The position numbers were made by a program, and so were the translations under genes. Shown here piece after piece: positions 1 to 11,924 of a DNA stretch of 64,000 nt (position 1 is its first letter; every line of letters begins with the position of its first letter). Below the pieces are notes generated by a model, which ran no database searches, was not told the DNA's origin, and worked only from the letters and a program-made list of their open reading frames with translations. Location: contig NC_042997.1 in assembly GCF_006345805.1 (NCBI RefSeq), positions 192,386,001 to 192,450,000 on the forward strand, written 5' to 3'. The stretch is from Octopus sinensis (Eukaryota).

Positions 1-857
1 CTGAGTCACCAACTTCCCTCCTCCACCACCATACATCTCTTTGTCCCCCAATCAATGTATCTGTCCTATATGTGTACAGACTACTCAATCATATGTCATC
101 TCCTTTTTTCGCTTATTGATCATCTCCTCTCTTTTTTTCTGCCCACTATCATCATCATTATTATTATTATTCTGATGCTCTCCACCCACTTTCTGCTTTG
201 TCAGTCACCTCCCCTCCCTTATCCAATGCATGTATCATTGGTCATCCCTCAACCAACCTCTTCATCTCTACCCAATTTCTAAAGTTGTCACCTACTCTTC
301 TCTCTTCCTTATCTCTCCCTGCTTATCAGCCCCCAACGCTTATTCTTCATTATATTCACTTTTTCACCCATTCCCTATCTCTAACCACCCATCACTCCCC
401 TATACACCCTTAAAACCCACACTTGTCCCTCTGTGCCTACTCCAACTCACTCTGTATAATGTAGGTTCACTCTCACACCTCACCAATCGTATATTCATCT
501 TTTTCCAGTTCCATCCTGTGAACTTCTGCTCTCTATAATGTGAGCAGCTCTGTAGCATTGCTACAGTAAGAAACCTGTTCTGTACAGTTTTGGCCCCTTT
601 TCATCTGTAGCCTCTCTTAGTGGAAGGCAAACCTTAGTCTTGCAGGTTGTATGACAATCTCACTAGTGTTGATGCCATAAAAAATATACACTGTAAAGTG
701 CTTAACATTAGGAAGGGTATTCAGCTGTAAAAACCATGGCCAAAATGGACATTCGTTTATTTTGGAATGTTTCCAGTGACTTGATCTAATCTTCAGACCT
801 TTTTTCAAACTGTTCAATTCTTGCCAGTATGGAACATGGATATTAAATTATTATGAT

Positions 858-899
<42 letters not shown>

Positions 900-1119
900 A
901 TCATAATTAGATATCATTTCTAAATTAACTATTACTTAACTATCCTCTCACACCGTCTTCAATAAAGGGATATACTAAATATCCTGGAAACAGCTGTAAG
1001 ACCTATCTATAAATGTTTTAAAATCTATTCAGCCTTGTTTTTTTTTTTTTATCTCATTATGAATATATATATAGTATATATAAACAAAAGAGAGGGTGTA
1101 TTTCCATGCAGGAAAAAAA

Positions 1120-1363
1120 TAGGCAAATTTGTTGTTGGAAATGTGCCTAAATTTGTAATTGTTTAAAATAAATTTATTTACATATATACCAAACTAGTTT
1201 CAACAATTTTTGTTTATCAATGGTAAAAATTTTGAATTATGAATTAGAAAAACATGCTTAAAAGTTTCAATGTTGACTAGTTTGGTATATATGTAAATAA
1301 ATTTATTTTAAACAATTACAAGTTTTTCAAATTTAGGTGCATTTTCAACAACAAATTTGCCTA
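1120..1363. repeat. Long AT-rich inverted repeat (foldback/MITE-like), TA-flanked
   Basis: Arms of ~85-95 bp at 1120-1205 and ~1270-1363 are near reverse complements. Confidence 0.75.
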
Positions 1364-2334
1364 TATATATGTATGATATAAACAAAAATGAATTAGAAAT
1401 ATCTTGGTCATAAATACAAGAATATCAAATACCATACAGCATAAATTCTCAAATTATTGAAATTATCTCCACCCGTAGAGGATGTGACATGATTACCAAA
1501 TGGCAGTTGGGACTAGTTCCACTTGAGAAGGAGAAAATCTCAAGAATTCTAAGTTCACATGCCATTAAGGGAAGGGACAGGCTTATTTCCTGCTGAGAGG
1601 AGGACAGTTGTAGACAGGTTTCTGCCTCAGTAGTCGTCATCAACATAAGTGCCCAGTGGATGTATGTGTGTGTGTGTGTGTGTACTATGTATACAAATAC
1701 ACGTATTTGATGAAATGGACTCCAAAGACGTAGGTGTTGATCTGATAAAAAAAAAAAGCGAACTTCCTGTGAGAAGTGGAAAAATCCAATGTCTTGGACA
1801 GCCCTTTTTCAAGGAAAAGTTTAAAGGAGAGAAATTAACGAGACGATAGTTTTACATCCTATAAGTTAAAAAAAAAAAAACTGGCTGTAACTGATGAGGG
1901 ATGCAAGGCCACATTGGTCTCATGTGTGAACAAGAATTGGTAGGAGAAACAGTAGGAAAAGGTGGAAAGAAAGAGGTGTGGAATGGGTGGAAGCAGGCAA
2001 AATGAAGAGTGAGGTGAAGGGAATGTAGATCCAAGGCTTTGTTCAACCTGGAGCTGTAGAAGTCTCTTGGGACTGGACTGAAAACCATGTGGTTGTGAAC
2101 CAAACTTCTTAACCATACAGCCATGCCTGTGACTCCCATATAATCGTATATGTATTTATGTGTTTGGGACAGGATAAACTGGAATAAGATGCAGTTTGAC
2201 TTTGTACTTAAAAGATTTCTCTCTAATGCTATCTCCCTGATGAAGCATCTGCAAGTGATATACTCATGTAGAGTTTATCCTCTATATATAACCTCAAGAG
2301 GGCTATTGGCAGGATTCTTCACACTGTTATTTGT

Positions 2335-2630
2335 TAGGCAGTAGGATGGCTAGCTTTACAGCAGTGCCAAGTAACGGTCTAACAAGCTGTGTACAGGAAT
2401 GCAGTGAACAAATGGGAATTAACAAATGAGTACTGTGGTGAATATTCTGTGCTGGTAGCAGTCCATCAGTGCTCTTTTGTTTGTTATGGTCCTTCAAACT
2501 ATGACAGAGCTGTTTCAGACAGGCTTTTTGTGGGAACATCTGTATGCTGATAACCTTATTCTTATAGCAGAATCTGTGGAAGTTTTGGAAATAGCTGCAA
2601 TGATTTAGGCATTTGTATGAATGAGCGGGA
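2335..2630 (+). mobile_element. RTE-clade LINE reverse transcriptase fragment
   Basis: QAVYRNAV...VAVHQ...VLQTMTELFQTGFLWEHLYADNLILIAES: degenerate YADD motif in RTE context. Confidence 0.8.
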
Positions 2631-2635
2631 CGCAA

Positions 2636-2999
2636 GAGCACCATACGAGCAGGATTGTTGCCAGAGTGGCTAACTAGCTTCCGTGCCAGTGGCACATAAA
2701 AAGTAACATTCAATTGTGATCGTTGCCTGTGTTGCCTTCTTGGCACTTGTGCCGGTGGTACATGAAAAAACATTCGAGCAAGGTCTTCGCCAGTACTGCC
2801 TGATTGGCCCCCGTGCCGGTGGCATATAAAAGCACCCACTACACTCTCCGAGTGGTTGGCGTTAGGAAGGGCATCCAGCTGTAGAAACTCTGCCAGATCA
2901 AGATTGGAGCCTGGTGCAGCCATCTGGTTTGCCAGACCTCATTCAAATCATCCAACCCACGCTAGCATGGAAAGCGGACGTTAGACGACGATGATGATG
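2636..2999 (+). mobile_element. (GAT)n-tailed SINE-like element, family C, with internal ~55-60-bp subrepeats
   Basis: gtgccggtggca..aaaagcacc subunits, gagtggttggcgttaggaagggcatccagctgtagaaac, 3' gcatggaaagcggacgttagacgacgatgatgat. Confidence 0.85.
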
Positions 3000-3002
3000 A
3001 GG

Positions 3003-3128
3003 CGAGCAGCATAAAATTGTGTGAAGTACTCAAAGTGGACGGTACCTATGAAAGAGGAAGTCCTAGAAAGACATTCAATGAATTGGTAAAATCATATCTC
3101 AAAATGCTGAATGTCACAAAGCAGGATC
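3003..3128 (+). mobile_element. RTE LINE C-terminal fragment (probably the same element as 2335-2630)
   Basis: LKVDGTYERGSPRKTFNELVKSYLKML resembles the RTE C-terminal RGRPRKTW motif. Confidence 0.65.
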
Positions 3129-3404
3129 ATCCTGATGACTTTATTGCTGGCTTGGACATTTTGTGTCCATTCTGTGACTTTTTTGATTGAAAACAATATT
3201 CAAGAAACTGAATATAGTAAGTGTTGAGCATTGACATTGTATTGGTTTAATTGAAATTTATGTATGACTCTGCTGTGGTCATCCAGCAGCTTGTTGCTCT
3301 TCTCTTTCATGATACTACATACATTTGCCTGGTAAGTGCACAGAAAGTCAATAAACTATGAGACTATCCATGTATTTTATAATCTGACAGGTGCCACATA
3401 ACTT

Positions 3405-3690
3405 CTGATGTTTTGTTCCTTCTTGAGCCATGCCTGGCTCATAAGGGCCGGTTTCCTTGGCGTATAGGTTCCCCACCTGTCCGTCGCAGGTGAGCTGCAA
3501 GATGCTGGAGGAAAGAGTAAGAGAGAGTTGTGGCGAAAGAGTCTGCAGAAGTACGCCATTACCATCTGCTGGAGAAGTGTGGAGCTTAGGTGTTTCTCTC
3601 ATAAACACACACATCGCCCAGTCTGATATTCGAACCCGTGATCCCTCGACCGTGAGTTCGCTGCTCTAACAACCACTAGGCCATGTGCAT
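3405..3690 (-). mobile_element. tRNA-derived SINE, family D
   Basis: A box TGGCCTAGTGG, B box GGGTTCGAAT, body cctgcgacggac..ggtggggaacc, tail gaaggaacaaaac. Confidence 0.8.
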
Positions 3691-3829
3691 AATAAAAATT
3701 GATTTCATCAGGTCCATTTTAATTCTCATTTTCTCTTTGCTTTGTTCTTAACATCCAGTGTACTATCAATTTTAATTCTTACTCAATCATGTCATTTGAA
3801 CTTATACATAAAAATGTATTTGACACTCT

Positions 3830-4540
3830 TAACTGATGAACATACCACCAAGTATATATGAGCTCAATATTTTCTGAAAAGGTATCTTTTCAAATGCTCT
3901 GTATATCAGTTGTCAACAGGAAAGTTTCCAAACGGTTAGTTTCTCAATTATTCCTTCTGCTGTATGCAGGAAAACCCTTAATATTTTCTAAAAAATTACA
4001 TTGCAAAGTTTTTCAGACATTGTCTATTTATCATGTAGATGGATTTTGGGTTTTCCGTTCCATAAATCTCAAGTATTACCAAAGCTCTGACTAATTCTCA
4101 AAATGGATCATTTTCCTCTGGAATCACAACCGACACAATTGGCTCTATTTATTGTCTTGTTCTGATTTTTTTCTTGGTCCTATAGAATACTGATAATTAT
4201 CATGTGGAAGTGTAGAAAACCTCCTTTCTGGAATTTAGTGACCTGTTGCTGGCATGTCCTCAACATCTACCATTAAAACTCATTAAGGGTAGCTTTTTAG
4301 ACCCATGCCACCAGATCTAGTCTGTTTTGAGCCAGTTTTGTGCAGCTGAGATTGTTTATGATTTCTGGACACTTCGGGTAATATGTATATGTTAAAATTT
4401 AATTAGTTTCCACATAATTGCAAGCAATGGCCATGACTTCTGGATAAAATTGCTGCATATTTCTGGGGCTTCCTGAAAAGATGAGTTTAACTAAAAAACT
4501 GAAATTCCCATTATTTTCTCTTATCAAATGATTTGCAATA
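3830..4540 (-). mobile_element. Decayed Helitron Rep (HUH endonuclease) coding relic
   Basis: Minus-strand translation gives GSPRNMQQFYPEVMAI (consensus GSPRYMQQxYQDAMAI), VTKFQKGGFLHFHMIII (HUH motif, consensus VIEFQKRGLPHAHIL) and IPEENDPF*ELV...GTENPKSIYM...CLKNF. Contains stops and frameshifts. Confidence 0.85.
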
Positions 4541-4559
4541 GCAGAATGGTTAAATGTGA

Positions 4560-5640
4560 AGATGAATGAAGAGTGGGTGGTAGATGAATGAGCACTTGAC
4601 AAGAGTAGAAGTGGGCGATAAGATAAAGTAGGTGAAGAATAACAATAGAGATGGTTTAGAGGGGAGAGGGAGTGTGAACTGGCAGAACAGCATGAAGTTG
4701 GTTTATTGAATAGGGGTGAATGACCCATAGTATAAGGCAGCCTCCTATATGTAGGCTGAGAGATGTGATGTGGATGGTGTGGTGATAGGTGAGATGGAAG
4801 TCTTTGAGTGATAAGGAGATAAGGGTGAGCAGTAGGTACTTGTGAGGTGGGAGGGGGGTCAAGGATATAAAGAGAGGGGGCAGGTAATGTTGATCTGAAC
4901 ATGCAAATATTGTAGCCTTTAAATGTTACACTTGAGTATGTGTTTTCATGGGTGGCTGACACTCTTCTACTTTAGTCCCTATTCCCATCTCTTCATCCTT
5001 CTAGGATGCCCTCTAGTATTTTTCCCCTTCACAGCACCAATCCACTATTTCCCTCCATTCCTTTCTCTCTTCATTGTCTCCCCATCTACAATGCCTTTGC
5101 AGCATTCATGCTTTGCTCTTTCTCTTCCTTCTGCCCCTATGGTACCTTCTAGTGCCCCTCACCATCTGCTTTTCATGCACTGCTCAGCCCCCAGATTCTG
5201 TGGCTCCTTAAAATTCTTTCTTACCCTCACCCCTACTTCAGTTGACACACCCCTACAATCCCCTTCACTTTCCTTCAGTTTTTCCCTTGGGCTTTCTTCT
5301 CACCCACTAGTCAAGTTGATCCCTTCTTGCCTCCTTTCCGTCATACTTTGGCCAACCATACTTCTTTCCTTTAATAACTTGCCCAAGATTCCTTTTCACT
5401 CTAGCCTATTGCTACCTTGTCCCCTTTTCTACCTACTCTGTCTATGTGCTCCTTATAATGTTGGGTAGCCCCAGAGCATCCCTTATGCAAAACCCACCCA
5501 GCAGGTTTTTAATTTTACCCCACCTTCCACCTTTTTTCAACTCAGGCACTAATCCCTTCTCTCACCCTTGTTCATTACCAGATCTGCCCATCCTCATACC
5601 TACCCTCTTTTATTCTCCCTCAGTTATAGGAGCCACTTTA
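4560..5640. repeat. Low-complexity purine-rich (4560-4890) then pyrimidine-rich (4935-5640) tracts; a similar pyrimidine tract at 1-500
   Basis: Strong strand asymmetry without clear periodicity. Confidence 0.6.
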
Positions 5641-6191
5641 GACCCTTAGCCCTACAAGTTATGAGTGACCACAAAAAAGTACCCTGTGCAGCTGTAAAGT
5701 GATTGGTATTAAGAAAAAAAACATCCAACCATAGAAACTGTGTCAAAGTAGACATTGGTACACGATGCAGTTCTATAGCTCTTCTGACCCTATCAAACCA
5801 TGTAACTCGTGTCAGCATAGAAGCAAGATGTTAAATTATATTCATATAAGCCATATGTGTGTGTGTCAGCAGACACTGGAGTACAATGCAGTTGTCAGAT
5901 TTATCAGAACCTCTGAAACCATACAACCCAAGCCAGTATGGAACACGGACGTTTAATGATTGTGATAGTTGTGCCATTTTATGTCATCATCATCATTTGC
6001 GGTCTGTTTTTCCATACTGTCATAGGTTGGATGCTTTGACAGGAGCTGGTAAGGCCAGGGGCTGCACCAGGTTCTATAGTCTGTTTTCAGTTGGTTTCTA
6101 CAGATGGATGCCCTTCCCTAACACTCCAGTGTCTCACATCTATAAAGAAGTTTGCTGAGGATGTAAGCTCTGTAGACTGCAGTTTTGTTGT

Positions 6192-6383
6192 GTGTGTAGA
6201 CAATTTGCCGATTGGACAATAAGTCGACATGCGCAAGTATCGATCATGGAGTTTATTTTTTCAAAATGTCGACATATTGTCCTTTCGGCAAATTGTTCAG
6301 TTGGTCAATTGTCCAGTCTGAAAGTTGTCTGTCAGCCAATTGTCTGCTGGCCAACTATCTGTCAACGAATTGTCCGGCTACCA
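6192..6383. mobile_element. Mutator-like non-autonomous element with 9-bp TSD and ~15-bp internal repeats
   Basis: TTTTGTTGT at 6183-6191 and 6384-6392; imperfect TIRs (acaatttgccg / cgaattgtccggctacc); repeated aattgtc motifs; CpG-rich. Confidence 0.6.
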
Positions 6384-6485
6384 TTTTGTTGTATGCTATT
6401 TGCACACAGTTCTTCATTCTCATTATCATCCTAGCTAGTCTTGAGGTTTTTCCTCAAATGCATCTGTTGATCTTAGACTCTGGAA

Positions 6486-6701
6486 CAGTGGTCCTCAATC
6501 ATTTTTTTCCTATGGGCCCCTTTGATTCCTTTTTCACTTGGAGTAAGGGGCTCAGCCATTCAATCCTGAAAATTATATTTTTATAATTAAATATTAGGAA
6601 TTTCATAAATTAAAATATTTAGTATATTGTAGAAGTATAAACTATTTACTACACATAAATTAACAGTAAAATCTTATATGGACCCCAGTTGAAACTAACT
6701 G
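6486..6701. mobile_element. hAT-Charlie-type MITE
   Basis: cagtggtcctcaa...gttgaaactaactg; flanks ctctggaa/ctctagag fit the NTCTAGAN target. Confidence 0.65.
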
Positions 6702-6719
6702 CTCTAGAGAGAGAGGTTA

Positions 6720-7129
6720 CCTGTGCTGAAGGATACACTACTTCCAGCTCATAATTGTTGAGGGAGGTTTTCAACACCTTGTCTTGGCACCTTCACACTT
6801 TTTCAGATTGATGGTCAACTTGAAGTCTTAACAAGCTTTTGTTAGACTCTCTGAAGCATTGTAGTTGCTGTACCAAGTGTGTTACCAGTGCTACACAATC
6901 CATAAACAGCAAGTCTCTGAATACACCTTTTCAGGAATTTTCTGCAATTTGTGTTGGGCTATGCAAGTGAAGATCTTCTCCATGGTGCTCAGCAACGAGA
7001 CTCGCATGTAGTTATTGCAGTCACTTCTACCACCTTTATTTTTGACAATATTGCAGTCTCTCATATTCTGTAATACTTCTTTCCAGCATTGGTACATTTT
7101 TTTTTTGTGAGTGGTGCAATAAGATGTCC

Positions 7130-7178
<49 letters not shown>

Positions 7179-7340
7179 TCTATGGACTCTGGAATGGCAT
7201 CCAAATCTGGTGCCTTCTCAGTGGAAAGCAGTTAATAAGTTTACTCAGCTCTTCAGCAGTCAGCAATACATCTACTTCTATCACTGGAAGGTATTCAGCA
7301 ATACCTAGCACATTGACAGTGTGTTTGTATGTGCTTCACC
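6720..7340 (-). mobile_element. RTE/BovB-like LINE fragment (pre-RT linker and RT N-terminus), interrupted by (TA)n
   Basis: TAEELSKLINC...DAIPES followed by MRDCNIVKNKGGRSDCNNYMRVSLLSTMEKIF (consensus KNKGDRSDCNNYRGISLLS..GK.F). Confidence 0.85.
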
Positions 7341-7575
7341 CTGCACATATATGATCATTATTTAATGTGTTTTTCCAAGTTGGAAGGTTTGACAGGAGAT
7401 GCACTAAGCTCCAATTGTCTGTTTTAGCAAGGTTTCTATGGTAGGATGCCTTACCAAACACCAGCAACTTTGTAGAGTGTAGTGAGTACTTTTTACATGG
7501 TACCTGTATGAGGCTTATAATTTCTTGGCTCAAATCTTCAAATTATAGTTATCATGGAGATATAGGTGATTGTAT

Positions 7576-7771
7576 TATTTTATTCTTTTATTCGTTTCAG
7601 CCATTTGATTGCGGCCATGCTGGAGCACCGCTTTTAGTCGAGCAAATCAACCCCAGGACTTATTCTTTGTAAGCCTAGTACTTATTCTATCGGTCTCTTT
7701 TGCCGAATCGCTAAGTGACGGGGACGTAAATACACCGGCATTGGTTGTCAAGTGATGTTGGGGTGACACAA

Positions 7772-7804
<33 letters not shown>

Positions 7805-7968
7805 CGACCGGCTACTTTCAGTTTCCATCTACCAAATCCACTCACAAGACTTTGGTTGGCCCAAGGCTATAGTAGAAGGCACTTGCCCAAGGCGCCATGC
7901 AGGGACTGAACCCGGAACCATGTGGTTGGTAAGCAAGCTACTTACCACACAGCCACTCCTGCGCCTAT
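7576..7968 (-). mobile_element. Full-length tRNA-derived SINE, family A (octopod OR/OK-type; exact family unverified), flanked by 99-bp direct repeats
   Basis: Head GGCGCAGGAGTGGCTGTGTGGTAAG..GGTTCCGGGTTCAGTCC (A/B boxes), central (CA)n, 3' GGTGCTCCAGCATGGCC..GAAAC and A-rich tail. Confidence 0.9.
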
Positions 7969-9584
7969 GTGTAGTGGGTACTTTTTACATGGTACCTGTA
8001 TGAGGCTTATAATTTCCTAGCTCAAACCTTCAAATTATAGTTATCACGGAGATATAGGTGATTGTATGAAGAACTTAAATTATAACCTAATTTTCCATAT
8101 GTACATCCTATCTATATGAAGATTCTGAACTTCAGAGTTAATTTGTGTTATATTTAGGTATCCATTATTCATAGGATTTAAGGTAAGAAAACCATAAACT
8201 TCTAGGGATTATTTAATATATTCTGAACCCTGGCAATAAATCATTTTTAATTCTGTAATTAGGGATACACAAAATACCTTTAAACATCAATGCCTCCCTA
8301 CTTATGACTTGAAAATGCTATAGATAGATCAATAGCCTTCTGGACCTCTTGGTAAAGACATTTAGCACTTGGTTTAGACTGAATATGTTTGTTAGTTTGT
8401 ATCTAAGTTCTGTGTGGTAGGGTTAGGGCTCCTTGCCAATGTGAACATATTTAGTTCTTCATTCTGAGACATTTTGGAATATATTCCAGAGTCAAACTGG
8501 ACAGAATTGCTAACTAGACTGAGCAGTTGGACAGCCCCATGTCGTGTGTATGTAGTGTGAGAGAGAGATGTATGTTATATATGTTTGTGTGTGTGTCGTA
8601 TGTATAATATAAGCATGAGCATTAATAATGAAAGTGAAACATGTGAGAAACATTTGAAATTTGCTGAGCGAACGTTGACTTTTCGCTTAGACGCTCTCTA
8701 CGGTCTCTCACTTTCTCTCACTCTCTCTCTTGCCTACTGCTGTAATCCAGAGTGGTAAGGCGGATACCGATAGTAAAAGTACACTTTCTCAAATGCCTTG
8801 ACTCCCGTTGTTGGCTTACGTAATATTGATGGATATGCAGGGAAACCACTATGGGATTTTTTTTTTTTGCCATGCCAGTCTCATTAACTTTCGCACTTAT
8901 GTGTGTGCGAGCGTGTGTATGTATATATGTAAGCAAGTAGTATTGTCTGAAAGTATAGGCATGTTGCGTTAGCGATCCCATTATGCAGTCACCGAATTCT
9001 TTACTGTGCTCTTTACAATGGCTATTTTATTTTTGCTTTATGTTTGTCATAGCTCTTTATCACGTTCTCAGATTAATGAAATTATAACAATTACTGAGGC
9101 TTTATAATGGTAGGGGAATTGGAACCGACTCCAGGACATTGGCTCACTCAGAACGTAACCTCTATTTTTAGGAGGCTGTCCATGATTTCCATCCACCAAG
9201 TTGAAGTTGTAATGTAGTTATTGGTATGAAGCGAGAAATATATTTTAAATTCAAAAGCAAAATCAATACCGAGAGAAATTTAGAATATTTTAGAGTTGCA
9301 ACCCGAGTGGGTAAAATCGTGGTGTCGTATTTGTGCCATTAAATGCATGATTGCCGCCGATGGCTTGCTTTATACACTTAGCAAGAAATGGATGACGGGT
9401 TTAGCGTTGTAAGGTGCCACTGCATTAAAATGTCTTCATTGAGAAGAATGCAGATTCAATCAGTCTATCGTGTTAGATTCCCTTGCATAATTTAGAAGGA
9501 AGTCCAAATTAGCCAAACAAAGAAGACAAATATTTAAAGTAAATTTTTCTGACTAGACAATATAGCATTATAATTTATTTTTAC

Positions 9585-9722
9585 TGTATGTGTGTGTGTG
9601 TATATGTATATGTGTGTGTGTATATGTGTGTGTGTATATGTGTGTGTATGTGTGTGTATATATGTGTGTGGTGTGTATATATATATATGTGTGTGTGCGT
9701 GTGTATATATGTGTGTGTGTAT
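9585..9722. repeat. Compound (TG)n/(TA)n microsatellite
   Basis: Direct reading. Other (TA)n tracts at 860-896, 7135-7176, 12542-12580, 42640-42700, 46070-46142 and 49022-49082. Confidence 0.9.
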
Positions 9723-9949
9723 GAACGCGATATTTAGAGGATAATTTTAATTCGTTGTTCGCACAATTGCGCACCTACAGACGTATGTCTGTCTGTCATG
9801 AAACGAATGAGCTCATATACTTTAGGCCTTTTAAACCTAGTAGAATATAATATATGAAATAAATTGGTTTCAAGTTAGAATCGAAACCGGATCGTGGACC
9901 GTGAATTTACCTCTTGCCTTCACATTTACCTATATCGTGTATGAAAATT

Positions 9950-10050
9950 CCTCTCCGGCGTGTGCTGCACGTGTTTGAATGCATGTAATTAAAGATCTTA
10001 AAATTATCGCCGCCTTCATTTATATTTTTTTCCTTTTTCTTCATCAGTCT
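9950..10050 (+). other. Candidate non-coding first exon
   Basis: Begins near pyrimidine-rich ctctccggcg and ends at cagtct|gtgagtgg, followed by T-rich intron-like sequence. No transcript evidence. Confidence 0.3.
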
Positions 10051-11924
10051 GTGAGTGGATGCCATTTTAATTTTTTTTTTTTCCTTTCTCCCCGTCTTCT
10101 CTAGTCTTGGATATATATTTGTATGGCATGAAATTGTAACGTTTGCTAGTAGTCAGATTGAATGAGTTGTCTGTAGTTATTACCTGTTGTCAGTGTGGAA
10201 GTGTAATTAAATAAGGTGTGTAATTAAAAGAAACCATTATCACTGTTATTACGAAATATTTTCTTTAAAGCCAAGATACACGAGAAAATAAAATGCTCAC
10301 CCGGACAAATTAAATTGATGGAGGTTGAATGTGATGGATAGAAGAAAGGAAAAGAAAAAAAAAGGAATAAATATATATACGAGGCATTACGTTATTCCTT
10401 TCTTTGCTTTATTGGAAATTAAACGGAAAGAATAATCGTAATTTCGTTTGTCTATTTTAAATGATTAAATTTATTTTTGCCTTGCGAAACGTCTTTGTCT
10501 AATCTCAATTTGTGATATCTCACCTTGGTTTTATTGTGTGTGAAAAACAACCGCTTTAATAGTATGCGAGAGGAGACCAAGCTACTGGCAACTTCACCTT
10601 TATCTTCGCCATTTCATCTAACTAGTTTAGTAGTATACCACTTTCCTCTCTCTCTCCGATGATATTCTTTTACCTTTACAAAAGGGCTCTGAATTATTTC
10701 GTTGCTTTTACTTGGCACAACCAACCTAGATTTTTATACAGCCGACCATCTTCACTATAATAGAAATAAATTAAATTAAAATATTTGGCTTATACACACA
10801 CACACACATCTTATTACCAACGGGTTTGACTTGTTCCTTTTCACTCCGTGTCTTTGTTGTTGATCAATAAGTTTACGAGACTTAGCTTTTCAATTCATAT
10901 TCTATTATTCCTATACTTTCTTTAGGTAATTTGGCTCTAGATTTATATATATATATATATATATATAGATTTATATATATATTTAGTGAAGTGCGTGCGT
11001 GTATGTATATATATTACACGCACGCACTTCACTAAAATTCAACTTTATTTGTAATTACCTGCCTCCTATAATATTAGGTAAATTTGAAGAATACAACCGT
11101 TATTAGGTTGTGCTTTGTGTTTTTTCTCTACGGTTAACTGCAACTACAAGTAACTAGTTTAGTCTTCTGATTTTATATATATATATATATATATTCACCA
11201 ACAGCAACGCTTTATTTTAGATCGAGCAACATTGGTAACCTGTTAATTATTTATTTATATTCGCTCTCTCTCCTGTCTCGCCTGATTTAGAATTCGCTCT
11301 GGGTGTATTCCCATTAGAATCTTTTTTTTCTTTCTGGTTTTGGCTGCTGTTAATAGCCTCCCAGTCAGTTTTTTTTTTCCTTCTCTCTTCCCCTTTATTC
11401 CCCGAAGTTACAATTTCTCTTGAGGTTTCTATTATTCCATTTCGTGGGGGAAATAAAAGAAAAAGCATGCATGAGAAATTCTACACCTCTTTCTCATTAA
11501 TCGTGAAATATAACAAAGATAATGAAAATTTAAAATAAATGCGTATCACTCGTTTTGTTATCATTTCTCTAGAGATTGTAATTTCGACGAGTAAACTGCC
11601 GTAGGAATTATTTTTCTTTTTCGGATTGTGCTTTGAGAGAACTTTTTTAAATCATTTTTTGCGTGTCCAGACAGATGTGGCTCTGAAGTACCTGTTCATG
11701 GGTCCATATCCTATTATTCACCAACAGAATACGACACTAAATTCTATTTCCCCTCAATATAAAGATGTAAGATATTGTAAAGTTATTGTTGGCGTGAGAA
11801 CAAGTAGTCTATTCAATTTGGAAATAAATTCGATTCCTCGTCGAATATAGTATCGATATTTAACAACCTCCAAATGCTTACTATTGATAGTGTGACTGTT
11901 TGGTCTTGTCTGGAAACGATCATT

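Noticed and set aside
1649-1849. SGKIQCLGQPFFKEKF resembles an ABCA NBD tail; nearby SAQW resembles mariner
   Set aside because: No splice sites framing it, a poly-A run in the middle, and no other ABC or mariner motifs; likely chance.
2327-2923. 198-aa minus-strand ORF MAAPGSNLDL... and its look-alikes at 32971 and 35160
   Set aside because: Antisense reading of the family-C repeat; the recurrence reflects repeat copies, not a gene family.
4399-5468. 187-aa (-) and 181-aa (+) ORFs
   Set aside because: Low-complexity purine/pyrimidine tracts; only the last ~35 aa of the minus ORF are meaningful (Helitron Rep relic).
10560-10612. Minus-strand ATG GCG AAG ATA AAG (MAKIK, like the RPL35 or IDH N-terminus)
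   Set aside because: Only five residues match, the frame closes after 18 codons, and I found no downstream exon of either gene.
11665-11800. MWL*STCSWVHI spacing resembles CerS WLPxxxxWxD
   Set aside because: In-frame stop, no upstream open frame, and no phase-2 donor after a TM segment.
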